From Bigelowiella natans CCMP2755 (taxonomy: Eukaryota > Protista > Cercozoa): 64,000 nucleotides of DNA. Location of the stretch: contig ADNK01002821.1 of the NCBI GenBank assembly GCA_000320545.1, forward strand, positions 1-64,000, written 5' to 3'. Both the position numbers and the translations under genes were made by a program. Every line of letters starts with the position of its first letter. Positions within the stretch are counted from its first letter, which is position 1. The notes beneath the pieces were generated by a model. The model searched no databases. It saw nothing but the letters and a program-made list of their open reading frames with translations, and had not been told where the DNA came from. This document shows, piece by piece, positions 1 through 12,038 of this stretch.

Positions 1-207
1 CCGTCAAAACTGTATTCGCCGCACCGGCAAGGATACCGCGCAACGGGTGATTTTGCGCAAGTACCATTTTAATCTGGGCATGTGGTGAGCGATCGTCTAC
101 GTCATCGGCAGGTGATCTATGATCGGGTTTCCTGCTTTAAAGTATATGTGTATATCTCTGGGCCGACCCACACACACACACACACATACACATACACATA
201 CACATAC

Positions 208-244
<37 letters not shown>

Positions 245-1265
245 TCATCTACCCTTCTATGGTTTTCGGGCTGAGGTTGGCGTTTTGCCGGAAGATTTGT
301 TTGGCCAGAATGACCTCTCTCCTGCAGCGTATTTGTTAAGAAAGGATAACGAGAGTTAGAGCAGAATGCGCACTTCCCTCCTTCACTCCGCTATCCGCAG
401 CTTGCGCATCGAAAGAACGAGTCAAGATTCAATAGCATTTTTCAGAGTCGTAGCTCGCGAGCACCACCTCGATGCGTTGTGCTTTGCCAGCTTCTGCATT
501 AGGATATTAAGCTGTGTTTGATGCTGACGACGCATTCGTTCTTCTGGCTTTAACTCCGCCCACTTTCTCTTTGATTTCCGCTAAATATTTGTTTGAAAGA
601 TTAAGCTCATCTTCAATTCACCGAGATGGCGCTTGTGGGGATGGGGGGGGGTCGGGGGGGTCGGTAGGATAAGGAGCTAACGCTCTCACAAGGTAAAAAG
701 TATCATTCTAAGCTGGGAGGAGGGAGGAAAGAGAAGGGGGGGAGGGGGAACTTGCCGATGAATGCGAGCGGAGTGTCGTTCCATTGAGAGCCAAGTGCGA
801 GAAAACCAACTGTCGTATCTGGAGAATTATAATATATATATATATATATATTATTTACTGCTGTATTTGTATTTGTGTGTGTGTGTGTATGTATAAAAAC
901 ACCAAAAAACCGAACAAAATTACATCCGAAATCATCGTATCTATTTCCTTTTCTACAGCGATCTATTGCTATCCCCCCCCCCCTCCCCCCCGTCTGTCCC
1001 CGAGAGCAACCCGCAGAGCCATCGTCCTTTTCCGATTAATTCGGCCCGAAAGAGGGTGGGCGAGCGGGCCTAGTATAGAGCTCGATCCCGCATCTGAGTG
1101 CGACGCTGTTACGGCGGAATAGTGCAGGGAGGATGGGGACTGCTCTCGAGAATCCGGGAGAAACCCAGAGTCAAGGTAAAGCTGTAGGAAACACCGTGAT
1201 CAACAACAGGGTGCCGTCGTTACGTTCTTGCAAGTTGAGGAAAAGCGGAAAGGAGGATGCATTAA

Positions 1266-1312
<47 letters not shown>

Positions 1313-1649
1313 TCGTTGATAAAGCTGCTCCACCGAAAGCGGCCATGCCGCCATTCATCATGCTACACACGGCTACCGAGGCGCGGGTAGAACGGTGAAA
1401 CGGGTATTACCTTCTCCAAGCTGGACAAGTCCTTTGAGTCTACATCCGAGCGAGAATCCTAAATCGATGGCCGGTTAAGGTAAAGGCAGTAGTCGTTGTA
1501 AGAAGTCACAGAAATGTTCCAACATATGCTGATGATGCGGAGACTGGAAGAGATCGTGCTGTGTTGGTGGTTTGGGGATTCAATCATTTCGTATGGGACG
1601 AGGCTGCAAAAAGTGTGATATTCTTTCATAATATCGCACACGGTTACAC

Positions 1650-1736
<87 letters not shown>

Positions 1737-2007
1737 TCTGCTCTTTGAGTGTGTAAGTATGTGTATGCGCGCGTGTATGCGTGCACACGTAGAATTCGGT
1801 AAATACTAGTATCCGATAGATACCAGATGTCTACCTTCTGATGTTGCAAGTCTTTGTGCGAAATCACAGCTTCACGAACAGGGTTTTCTGGTTTTCATCG
1901 CGAAGCAATTCACACAGTAGTTTACGTTAGACAGCACGCTATAATTCACGCATCCGCATACAAAAAGGAGAGCATCGTCAAGAGCTATTTAACCGTTGGA
2001 GCATAAA

Positions 2008-2054
<47 letters not shown>

Positions 2055-2449
2055 CATTTCACCGATACGCGTGTCAACCGACCGAATTGGATCTTCCTCT
2101 CTATACTCGAGAGCTCCTCAAAACTCTCCTCCCCCCCGTCCAGATTGCGCGCTGCCGCGTGACTCCCAACAGAGCTCTCCAGCACAGGGGAGCGTATCGT
2201 TGGATTATGTGACCGAAGACAGGCCAGAATCATCAAACCAAATATGAGGCCGGGAGTCGGAGCGCAGCTGTAGAGATTACGCGGAGCTGCATTCCCAGAG
2301 AGGGGAGGCATGTAATAGGCTGCTTTACCAGACAAAATAGTTTGGCAGCTTTACCTAGCGTGCCTTTCTCGACTACCAACATGCCTCCCATCTTGAAAAT
2401 CCGCGCCCAAACCTCGTAACCCCTTTCCGCTGGCTGCGAAGCTCATCAT
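1..2449 (-). CDS. Multi-exon hypothetical protein (3' end outside window)
   Basis: ATG at 2449 (MMSFAASGKG...ERHAR) with a GTAAAG donor near 2354. Further exon-like segments include a hydrophobic LIFGLMILACL, separated by (TA)n/(CA)n/(GA)n-containing introns. No family recognised. Confidence 0.5.
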
Positions 2450-2957
2450 GGGGAAGCCGTGGTGGGATGGGGGCAGTGAGGAAACGATAGGAGAAGTATG
2501 ATGAAGTTCGAGCCTTTTTTTAACGGGGAAATAACCAAACTCATCAATCACAAATGATCCAGTTATTTTCATTGAATAGCCTCGAAAACATGAGATGAGA
2601 ATATACATCTTAGGATAAAATTCGGTTCAAAATCGACCTAACCTAATGCAGGATGTTCACATGAAGACGGCAGGAATTTCACAAGCAGGTAGAACACTGT
2701 GCACAAAAAAGCAAATGCCAAATCTCAGACGCATTGATTGAATCGATGATTGCAGGTCATTTGTTCGTGACGACAACGCTTGTCGGATTCTATTTCTATT
2801 TTTTTTTAAATTTAAGATTTAAAATTCAAAACTTGTGCGCCCGAGCTCGCAGGAGTTTCATTCCTCGAGAGACCAGAGATTCCTTCCTCCCCGTTGTCAA
2901 CTTCCGAGGATTCTTCAACGGTGGCTGGGGAGGACATCGCTCCTCCTTCGCCTGGTA

Positions 2958-3051
2958 AACGAAATCAGGAAGATGCAGGAAAGATCATCTGATGATGGTG
3001 CCTTGTTCTGAACACCACGCACCCACGCAAGTGCAAAGTTGTCACACGCTC

Positions 3052-3089
<38 letters not shown>

Positions 3090-4597
3090 CACGTGCACGA
3101 TGTGCGTGGTTGGTGTCAATCCAGGTCATCAACGACGGCGACCAGCAGGAATCCGACTGCAAGAAAACGTGCCTCCAGACAACCTTGTCGATCGCATCGT
3201 TTTTCCTGGCGAGCGCGAGCGTGTTTTCTGTTGTGGCGTTCGCGAGTTGCTTGAGGACGGGTCGCAAGTCACACCCACAGAGGCACTGGGCCCGATCATC
3301 CTTGTCCACACAGCTTTCTTCATGAATTCGAATGGATTAGGTTGACGACACTCAAGGAACCGACACGAGCTAGACGAGTGGCCGGTGGCCAAGTGGCGAA
3401 AGAATTCGTGTTTTCCCGATGCCTCAAAGCTCCAGCCCGCTGATGGTGTTTTCGTGCCCAGTTGCGTTTTGCCCATTGAGCTCATCACAGTGAGGAATCA
3501 AGACCGAACCAAAGTCTCAGTCCTGGTCTGGAGCCCGTTCATGCACGTGGTGTTCTGTTTGGCGGACCTGCGAGAGGGGTGAGTGAAAAGACAGCTTGGT
3601 GAGTTTGTCAAAACGAAAAATCCGTGGCAATGTGATGTCAAAAAAATCAACCAAAAGACAAAAGAATTTGTTAGCAGTGCATTCCAAACACCACAGTGGA
3701 AAACACACGGCTTCCATGAGAATGAAACAACGTGATGTCACGACGTTGCGAATTGCACGTTGTGCGAAAAAGTTTCAAGTGATCACACGCATTGGCAACC
3801 AAAAAGCGTGGTGAGCAGGTGACTTTCATCGTCGTTGTCGCAACGATGTCACGTCTCGTTCATCCTCACGTTCAATGTGTTCTTTCTCTTTGTCGTTGGA
3901 CTCCTCACAATGTTCACGAAACAACCTGTCAAGTTTCTTTGACTTGACGTCATTGGGCACGTGTCACACACACACACACACTTCTGACAGTCCCCACTTC
4001 TGCACTCTGGCGCTGCCATCACTGCACTTCGCTTTGAAGCTGGCAGGTTTTGGTGGTCGTTTTTTTTGGTTCGTTCGTGTGACTCAATGTTTCAACGTGT
4101 TTCTGCTTTCCACTTCGTGGGTTGTGTGCGCAGGGTTTGACGTCTGTGAGTTTTTTTGATTTTTCGTGTTCCAATGTTTTCACCAACTTCCTTGATCTTG
4201 TTGGTACTCTTTCTTCTTCTCCACCAAACAACAAGTTGTTTTTTCGAGACGTGCACGTCAATGGCGTTCAGGGACGTGCTTGTGCACTGGCGTGCGTGTG
4301 CACGTCGTGACTTGGTGATCGGACGATGAACGACCCAAATGAATGAAGTGATCGTGAAAACGTCGTGCGTGAGGGCTTGCACATGGTGGTCAAATGCATG
4401 TTGTGCAGCCGAAAGGATGAGGATCACATGATTCACCAGAAGTGCTCAGACTGCTTCACCTCTTCCCCCATCAGCAATGAGTTCGATGGATTTTCTTTTG
4501 GGTTTTGAGGCATGCAAAACCAGAAAAGAAAACAGGCAAGAGTTTTTCAATTCATTCGTCGCAAACACAAAATCTCCAGAAAATCGATTGAAAAAAT
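2958..4597 (-). pseudogene. TpA-depleted decayed coding element (pseudogene or TE relic)
   Basis: Only 4 TA dinucleotides in ~1640 nt. Minus-strand frames look protein-like, with His/Cys where Tyr would fit (VRQTEHHVHERAPDQD*DFGSVLIPHCDEL; RAQCLCGCDLRPVLKQ; LFREHCEESNDKEKEHIE) and in-frame TGA stops. Confidence 0.6.
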
Positions 4598-4922
4598 TAA
4601 AACGATCTGGGTTGCCATCATACGACTTAGATTTATATCCTTAAACATTACAAAATGTAGGTCGTTCATCGATATTCCCGATGAGTTTTAAGTCCTCTTT
4701 TCTTACGCTTTTGCTGGATGTGTGAAGTCGCAAATACAATTACGGGTCTATCTTTTAGGTGCGACAACTAAATTTTGCTGGTGCGGAACTTTGAGTGGAG
4801 TTCTCGTGAAAGTTGCAAGTGATCAATGGAACCTTTCGTGAAGCGAGTTACTCGCGAGGGCTACGCCGAACGTCCTAAAAAGGGCTCTCGAGTGCATATC
4901 GTTTTTACCGCCTTCTATTTTG

Positions 4923-6403
4923 ATGGTTAGAATGAGAGCCAGTGGAAGAAGGGGAAGCTTACGACTAGTTTCGGGAGAGAAAGAAGATTCTCGTGCAAAA
5001 GAAGAAACTTTCTTTTCTAGTACTATGGATAGACTTGCTAGAGATTTTTTTCTCTTGAACGATGCCTTTCTCGCGGATATACCTACTTGCATAGGGTCGC
5101 CGAACTTGGAGGAGCAGAAGCTTTCGAAGAGTGACAAAAACTGCTTCGTCGATTCTGGCGACGCGTTCGTACTACCGATGGAATTGACGGTTGGGACTGA
5201 GGCCACCATAGATGGCTTGGATAAAGCCCTTCTGAGTATGAGAGAAGGGGAGAAGGTCCAAAATCACAGTTTTGACTGTTCTACTGAACATAGAAGTTGA
5301 CACGCGGTTGCTCGTTGTTAGCCTCAAATCAAAAAGCGTGCCGATGTATTTCTCCCTGAATATAATAGCATATGAATGTGAACGTGGGTGTTTGCTACAT
5401 ATACAGGCGGATGTGACGATACCTCCCTCCCACGGGTATCCAAATGGATGTGCCTTCGGTTTCCACGGAGCTGGCAAGGCTATCCCCGCAAACAAAACGC
5501 TAGTATTCTCCTCCCTCCACCTTGTAAGCGTCTGGAGCAAGGCTGCGTCCAAGACATACGATGACATATTAACTGCAAAAATACCGGAACAGTTAAAGTT
5601 TTGCTCAGAGCTCAAGGCAAAGGGCAATGCGCATTTCAAAAGGGGCAGGCTAGATGCTGCTCACGTGTTCTATGCGAAGGCGGTGAAGGTCTTGGAGCTG
5701 CAGCTGTCCCTGCCAGCGGAAGGCGATAGAAAGACCTCCGACAGTAGTGGTGATAACAATATCCGCCGTGATTTTTTAAAAAATGGATGAGAGTGTGTGG
5801 CTTGGCGAACGAGTGGTATTGGGATTAGTATTTCAACAAGGAAACGTCCTTTTTCCTTCTTTTTAAAAAACAAAGCTAGTTACTATTAGTAGAAGATTCG
5901 CTTTTCGTTGTATATCGTCTCTGTGCGGTATCATTGTTATTCTCTCCAAACGGACTTTGCTTGTACCAATGTTTCCAGGTCGCAACACGCATCGTGTCGA
6001 ACTGGAGAAGCTCGCCGCGATCATTCTGGTGAATATCTCTGCGGTTTTAATGCGAGTGGAGCGTTGGGGGACAATGGAAATGGCTGCTGATAGAGCAGTC
6101 CAGATACGACCAGACAACGCAAAAGGCCTCTTTCGCAGCGCAATCGCGTAAGCTCGCTTAGTAGTTGTGTGTGTTGTTTGCGCGTAGTCCCGGGGGTTAG
6201 CATAAGTTTCGTACAATAATGCGAATAGGAAAAGGCGACTGGGGCGAGTGGCAGAAGCTAGACGCAACCTTGAGTTATGTCTGAAATTGACGGCAGTTTC
6301 CTCGAAATCCGCGCTGCGACGCGAAGCACTAAAGGAGCTGCAGATCGTTGACAAGATACTCGATAAAAATCCGGGTATTTGTGTCTTTCCTTTACACTCA
6401 TCA

Positions 6404-6443
<40 letters not shown>

Positions 6444-6454
6444 TAGTATGTAAA

Positions 6455-6534
<80 letters not shown>

Positions 6535-7283
6535 TTGCATATAGTGAGCAGACCGCCAGCATAGGAAATCGGCATGCATTGCGTATATCTCACTACTACT
6601 ACTACTACTACTACTACTTACATCCTCAGAACTCAAGCTGGACGAAGCAGTCCAAAGACTGATGCACACTCACGGGCCGGAGAAGCCTTCCCCGCCTTCC
6701 TCTAATCGAAGCAACAGTAAACGGGCTCCACAAAACCGAGGGGGGAACTCTCAGGCAAGTGGATCAAGCCATCCCCATCGTCATCATCAGCCAAACCGTC
6801 GCCAGAAGCAAGTTACTCCTTCTCCAGAGAGCAGGCCAATAATCGAGGCCGAAGTCACGCGTAACGAAAAGAGCATCATGATCGATCTCGACAAGATTCC
6901 GCGCGTTGTGGTGTGCCCCCCTCGTCCCTCACAGGATCCAGCGACGAGCGGCAAGGGGGGGGTTGAGAAGCAGACGCTGCGGCTACCAAATGCGTGTGGG
7001 CGGGCTGTTCCGCGTGTGGGGCCTATCGAGGTCGCGGTGCATATGCTCGTGAGAGGCGCGCCAGCCGCCTCCACATCGCGCTCCCCTCCCCACGCCTCTG
7101 TGCTCTTCAACACACGGGATTACTCATCCGATCCCGTCGCCATGGTGCTAGGGGAGGGGGAGAACCCGGTGGGGGTGGAGGAGGGTATTCGGTCTTTGAC
7201 GGAAACCGAGCTTGCCCTTCTCACCATCTACCCGCCGTACAACATCACGCCCATACTTAGCAGAGAAATCATTAGCAGTGGTG

Positions 7284-7318
<35 letters not shown>

Positions 7319-7642
7319 GGTAATAGTAGTTGTAGTAGCAATGGCAGCAGCGGCATCTGGATGGCTACTTGGGGCGAGTCAAGCTCATCACCTCCTCCGC
7401 TCGTTCAAGTTGCAAGGTATGCAAAGCTGGAGGTGGAGGTGGAGGTGATGCTGATCAACTTCAAAGGGGAGCGCCTTGGAATACGCCGCCCATTCGTCGG
7501 TGAGTGAAAGAGCAGTGCTGTCAAGGGAGGAGGGGGGGAGGGGGGGGGGAGGGAGAAACAGAAAGAGGAGAGATTGAGGTGAAAGAGTTGAAAAGCATTC
7601 AAATCGTCTTTTATTCAATTCTCATCATTGAGTAGCATGTAT

Positions 7643-7682
<40 letters not shown>

Positions 7683-8205
7683 TTTCGCTTTGCATTGGCG
7701 GCATCTCTCTTCACTTTTGAAGGGAGCGAAGAGACCTACTCAACTGCAGCATCTTTCCGAAACGCCCTCCTCATCGTGTTATATGTATTCCATATAGGCA
7801 TCTTCCCAGAGCATACCTCCTCCTCCTCCTCCTCCTCCTCCTCCTCCTCTTCGCCTTCACCGTCGTCATCACCCGCTGACACGTCCGCTCAAACCGCAAC
7901 GATCTTAAGTTCTCCTGCCGCCGCTAAGATGGAGGGCAATAAGCTGTTCCGAGAGTCAGTGAGCCTCGTATCGATGGCGCGAAACTACTATCTTCTTGCT
8001 CTCTCACGGCTCCGAAACCAGCGAGGACAACAAGGCGCATACGGCGATGACGAGGAGGAGGAGGAAGAAGGCACGAAGATGGGGGGGGCGGAGGGAAAGG
8101 AAAGAGCTGCCGAGATTAGAAGGTGATGAGCGTCGTTGTTTTGAAGAGCATCTACTGTGTGAAGGGGAATGATATTATAACACATATGGGTACAGTATAA
8201 ATATT

Positions 8206-8244
<39 letters not shown>

Positions 8245-9150
8245 TGTGTGTGCGTGTGTGTGTGTTTTCCTGCGTCTAGTATTTGAACAATCCTCGCATC
8301 GAAATTGGAATACCGTTATTGACACTGGCCGTTTGCTTATCACCCAGGCAGTGCCTTCTAAACCTTGCGACATGCTACATCAAAGAGCGCCGTTTCACGG
8401 ACGCCCTTCACTACTGCGACATTGCCGAGAAGGAGTATCACCGCGCAGGTCTGCCGCTACCCGCCAAGTTATCTCTTCGCAAAGCCAACGCTTTGGAGGA
8501 AACAGGGGAGTTGAAGAAAGCGCAGAAGGCCCTTGCGAGCGGCATCAAGTCGGTGGAAGATGGCACGAACGCAAGCCGCAAAGAATTGCGCTCTTTGGAA
8601 GCTGCCCGGGATAAAATCTTGGCGAAAATCGAGGCGACTGCGAAGGCAGAACGACGGAAATACGGAGGATTTTTGAACCGAAAATGGGGGCCTGCAGTGA
8701 AAAGTGGGTTTCTGCTCAATAACGATGATAAGAAAAGAAAGAAAAGGCAACAACAGGAGAAGCAGCAGGAGGCGGGGAAAATCGGCGAGGATAGTAAAGA
8801 GCCCATTCCGATGTAAGTAGGAAGGAGGGGGGGGGGATGTAAGAAAGCTTGCCAGCCAGCGGGATTTGCGATGAAGTGTGCTGTAGTTACTTTCACTTTA
8901 CCGTTATCACCCCTTGTTGCGTGGCGTCTCCTTAGGTATCCTGACAAGAATTTGGTTGGCGAAAAAACCTGCGAGTTGTGTGGCAAGAAGATGCCCTGTA
9001 AGCAGTGGGCGCGACACATGCTGAAATACCATAACCCAGATTCAACGGGTGGGTCTTCCTCTCTCTGCCCTCATCCTGTGTACTCATTGTGTTCAATTGC
9101 TTGGTCTAGTTGTTTAAAACTATCATCATGTATTGTAGATAGTGTTAATT

Positions 9151-9190
<40 letters not shown>

Positions 9191-9281
9191 GTGTGTGTAT
9201 GATACTTATAAGACACATATGTGTCGAGTACACTTGTGTGTATGTGCACATATATATGTATGCATATTTATTGTATGTGTA

Positions 9282-9337
<56 letters not shown>

Positions 9338-9471
9338 GGGGTGGGGGAGAGAGCGTATATTTAACTTTATGCGCGGTTCATGTAGGGGACTACGAATCAT
9401 CAGATTCTGAAGGCTATCCAGAAGAGTTGACTTTCCCACCGCTACCGGATGGAACGGTCATTACTTATTGA
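4923..9471 (+). CDS. FKBP-type PPIase/TPR protein with two FKBP+TPR modules and a C-terminal C2H2-like finger
   Basis: FKBP motifs IDGLDKALLSMREGEK|ADVTIPPSHGY...IPANKTLVF. TPR motifs LKAKGNAHFKRG and RPDNAKGLFR. Second FKBP GVEEGIRSLTETELALLTIYPPY...AKLEVEVEVMLINF. Second TPR KMEGNKLFRE, CLLNLATCYIK. CELCGKKMPCKQWARHMLKYH. Last exon 9386-9471 ends in TGA. Confidence 0.85.
6406..6619. repeat. Compound intronic microsatellite (CA)n-(TA)n-(TG)n-(CTA)n
   Basis: Directly visible inside intron 6375-6629. It is representative of many similar tracts (e.g. 168-240, 1645-1733, 9152-9332, 52836-52922, 55927-56010, 56402-56460). Confidence 0.95.
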
Positions 9472-10116
9472 GTTTATATATTTGTGTGTGCTTGCGTGTA
9501 TGCGAATGTGTATCTGTGAGTCTAGAGTCAAGCTGAATAAAGTGCACGGTACAATTTTAACTGCTGGAGGGTCTCGATCAGCTCTGCGCGGCGACGATGT
9601 AACTGGGCGCGACGAGCACAAACACATGTACATGCATGTGCATGCAGATGGCATCTCACTAGTTTGTGATGCAGCTGCAACTAGCGGATGCAAACGTGTG
9701 GCGGCTGGGACATTCGCAACATGCTAGCATGACAAGCTAGCACAAATGCCTGCATGTGCATGTACGTAGTCTGCACTAGCTAGCACAAGCTAGCCAAATT
9801 GCGCTTCACATATGTAACGGCATAATAGACACAGCTAGACAGCAACGGCTAGCTACGATACTTGACACACACACGTACACAAACACACACGCACACACAC
9901 ACACGCACACACACACACACACACACATCACACCTACACACACACACACACACATACACAAATAAACACGACAAACATGATGGAACACGTGATGCGATCT
10001 TGACAAACCTTGTTCTGTGGCTGTCATCACCATGTACATGCCACATTTGGTACTAGATCTGCCAAAGGCAGCATGATGGTGTGATCACAGCGGTCTTTGA
10101 ATGCAACATGTTACGA

Positions 10117-11451
10117 TCATTTTGCGCAATCATGAGATGCAATGTAAATGAATGCTCCATTAGAGGCTGTGGACGAATTCGACTTTTCATTTTCCTTTTG
10201 GCGAATCTTACCACTCTTGAATTCTGGTTTCGGGTTGACTTGTTGATCCTCACCTCGCCCCAACTTTCGGTACCTTAATGGAGTCCGACCTCTGAATCGC
10301 CTCTCGACACATTTCGAAAGTGACGCGCTCCTTGCCCCCAAATAGCGCCCGAACAATGTGCGCAACATCCGCCTCTTGCATGTGGAATTCATGCTTGCTA
10401 CAGCAGTCCTAGCAGCAGAAGCCATTTTTGTATTCACTCTCGAGGGGATCGTTGGGAAGCGTCATTTGCTTGCACGCCGCAGCATGTGTGCTGGCCGTGA
10501 TGTAGTCGCCCCCCCTCGCCAGGAAAGCAAAGCCACTTTCCACATCTTTTTTGCTCTCACCCGCACTCGTGATCCTTCTAGCCAAGTTCAGAATGGGGAG
10601 CGCCATACTGCCGTCAAAAACACTGTGCTCCGAACCCACCCCCACCTCGAGTGCCTGCAGACATCTCTGCAAAATTCTCGCCTCCGAGGCCTGGGCACTA
10701 ATCGCTATTTGATGGATAGTGACTCGGCGACTGCGATCAATGTCGATCATACTGAGCACCCTCCTGACATCTGCATAGACAACTTTGTATGATGAGCGGG
10801 GATGAGCATAGCTGGTAGGGCTGCTGTTGTGGCGATCTTCTTCCTCCTCGCCCGAAAGCTGTTCGGCACTGCATCCACTGCTACGCCAGCAGTGATTATG
10901 ATGTGCCCTTGGGATTTCGACTTATGTGAGGCATCTCCACAGTCATTGGATGAGGATGCCTCTGATGGTGCGAAGACTTGATGCGGACTATGCGTTGGGA
11001 GCTTTGACTTCAGGCTTCTTCGCCTTTTTTTGTGATTGACGAACGCGGTGCTAATGATGGAGTCAACGGAAAGAGGAAACTCGGCGAGAAGATCTTGAAA
11101 GAGAATTGTGGGAAGATGACTGCCGGAGTGAAGGCGAGTACTTCGGGCTCGCTTTGGTAGAACACGGCGACCCTTCCAAACTCTCCTCCGCTGCGTTAGG
11201 CGGAGGATTGAGACTCAGACGGCTGCCCATGTTAAGAGCGCGATGTCACCGACGCCGGCGCCCTTGTTGAGGGGCTTGGAAAAGAGGAGGAAGGCCACAC
11301 TCTGATGTGTTAATGACACTTGAGAGGAAGAGGTCAGGCGATGAATCTCCTCTTCATAGACCGACGCAAGCCGCGAATCGAGACCCTCATTGAAGGATGC
11401 TAAAAGCCGCACCCGCGACGGCGCAAGCAGCAGCCCCTCAGAACTCCCCAT
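10117..11451 (-). pseudogene. Disrupted ORF with degenerate EF-hand-like motifs
   Basis: Protein-like frames broken by a TGA (~11215) and frameshifts. DVRRVLSMIDIDRSRRVTIHQI and KKDVESGFAFLARGGDYIT resemble EF-hand helix-loop segments. Confidence 0.35.
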
Positions 11452-11753
11452 GTCCCAGCGAAAATCATCACCGCCGAGGGAAGGGAGGCGTCGAATCGCT
11501 CCTGGCTCGGAAAATCAATCATGGCTGCGTTCACTGGGCAATATTCCACTGGATATTAACGGGTATTACTGGGCTCCGATTGGGTTCCGACATCCAAGCG
11601 CTTTCTTTGACCGTGGCGCTAGGCGCAAGGCTCTCTGGAATTGGGAACGAACGCATCGGAAGACTTTCGGTGAAACCAGCACAAGACCGATCGGTCAGAT
11701 GCACTCGCACATCTGCACAAAATCGTGCAAGATCCAAGTGGGCCTCTACAACC

Positions 11754-11786
<33 letters not shown>

Positions 11787-12038
11787 GTAGGCATCGTTGC
11801 ATAAAACCAGGGCAAAACATCCCGAAGACAAGGCAGAAATACAGTAACGGCTAGCTAAACGGTCGGTTTAGAACTGTTTCCGAAAGTTCCCACAAATCCT
11901 CACAAAATGGCCGAATGCCATCGCTCTCAGCGTCGGGCTAGATACCAGTGATATCTATCATCTGCGCTGTCCTGGAGGCGAGAAAAGGGGAGGAGAAGAA
12001 CAAGACGAAGAGAGAGAGAAGAAGAAAGGGCACTTGCA

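Noticed and set aside
1-70. YPCRCG (CSL zinc-finger-like) in a minus frame
   Set aside because: It is immediately preceded by an in-frame TAA. The open frame from the nearby acceptor is a different one.
82-1867. Track ORFs with HTHT/YIYI/CVCV/ERER runs here and throughout the window
   Set aside because: These are translations of intronic microsatellites, not proteins.
2600-4670. Possible terminal inverted repeats around the TpA-free island
   Set aside because: Only short matches (CGACCTA, AGGATA), in an order incompatible with TIRs. No target-site duplication was found.
5768-5795. Possible non-canonical GA donor (AATG|GATGAG) in the FKBP gene
   Set aside because: A canonical in-phase GT donor exists at 5768.
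11755-11784. Poly(A) tract as a retroposon tail
   Set aside because: No target-site duplication or RT sequence. Homopolymer runs are common in this window.
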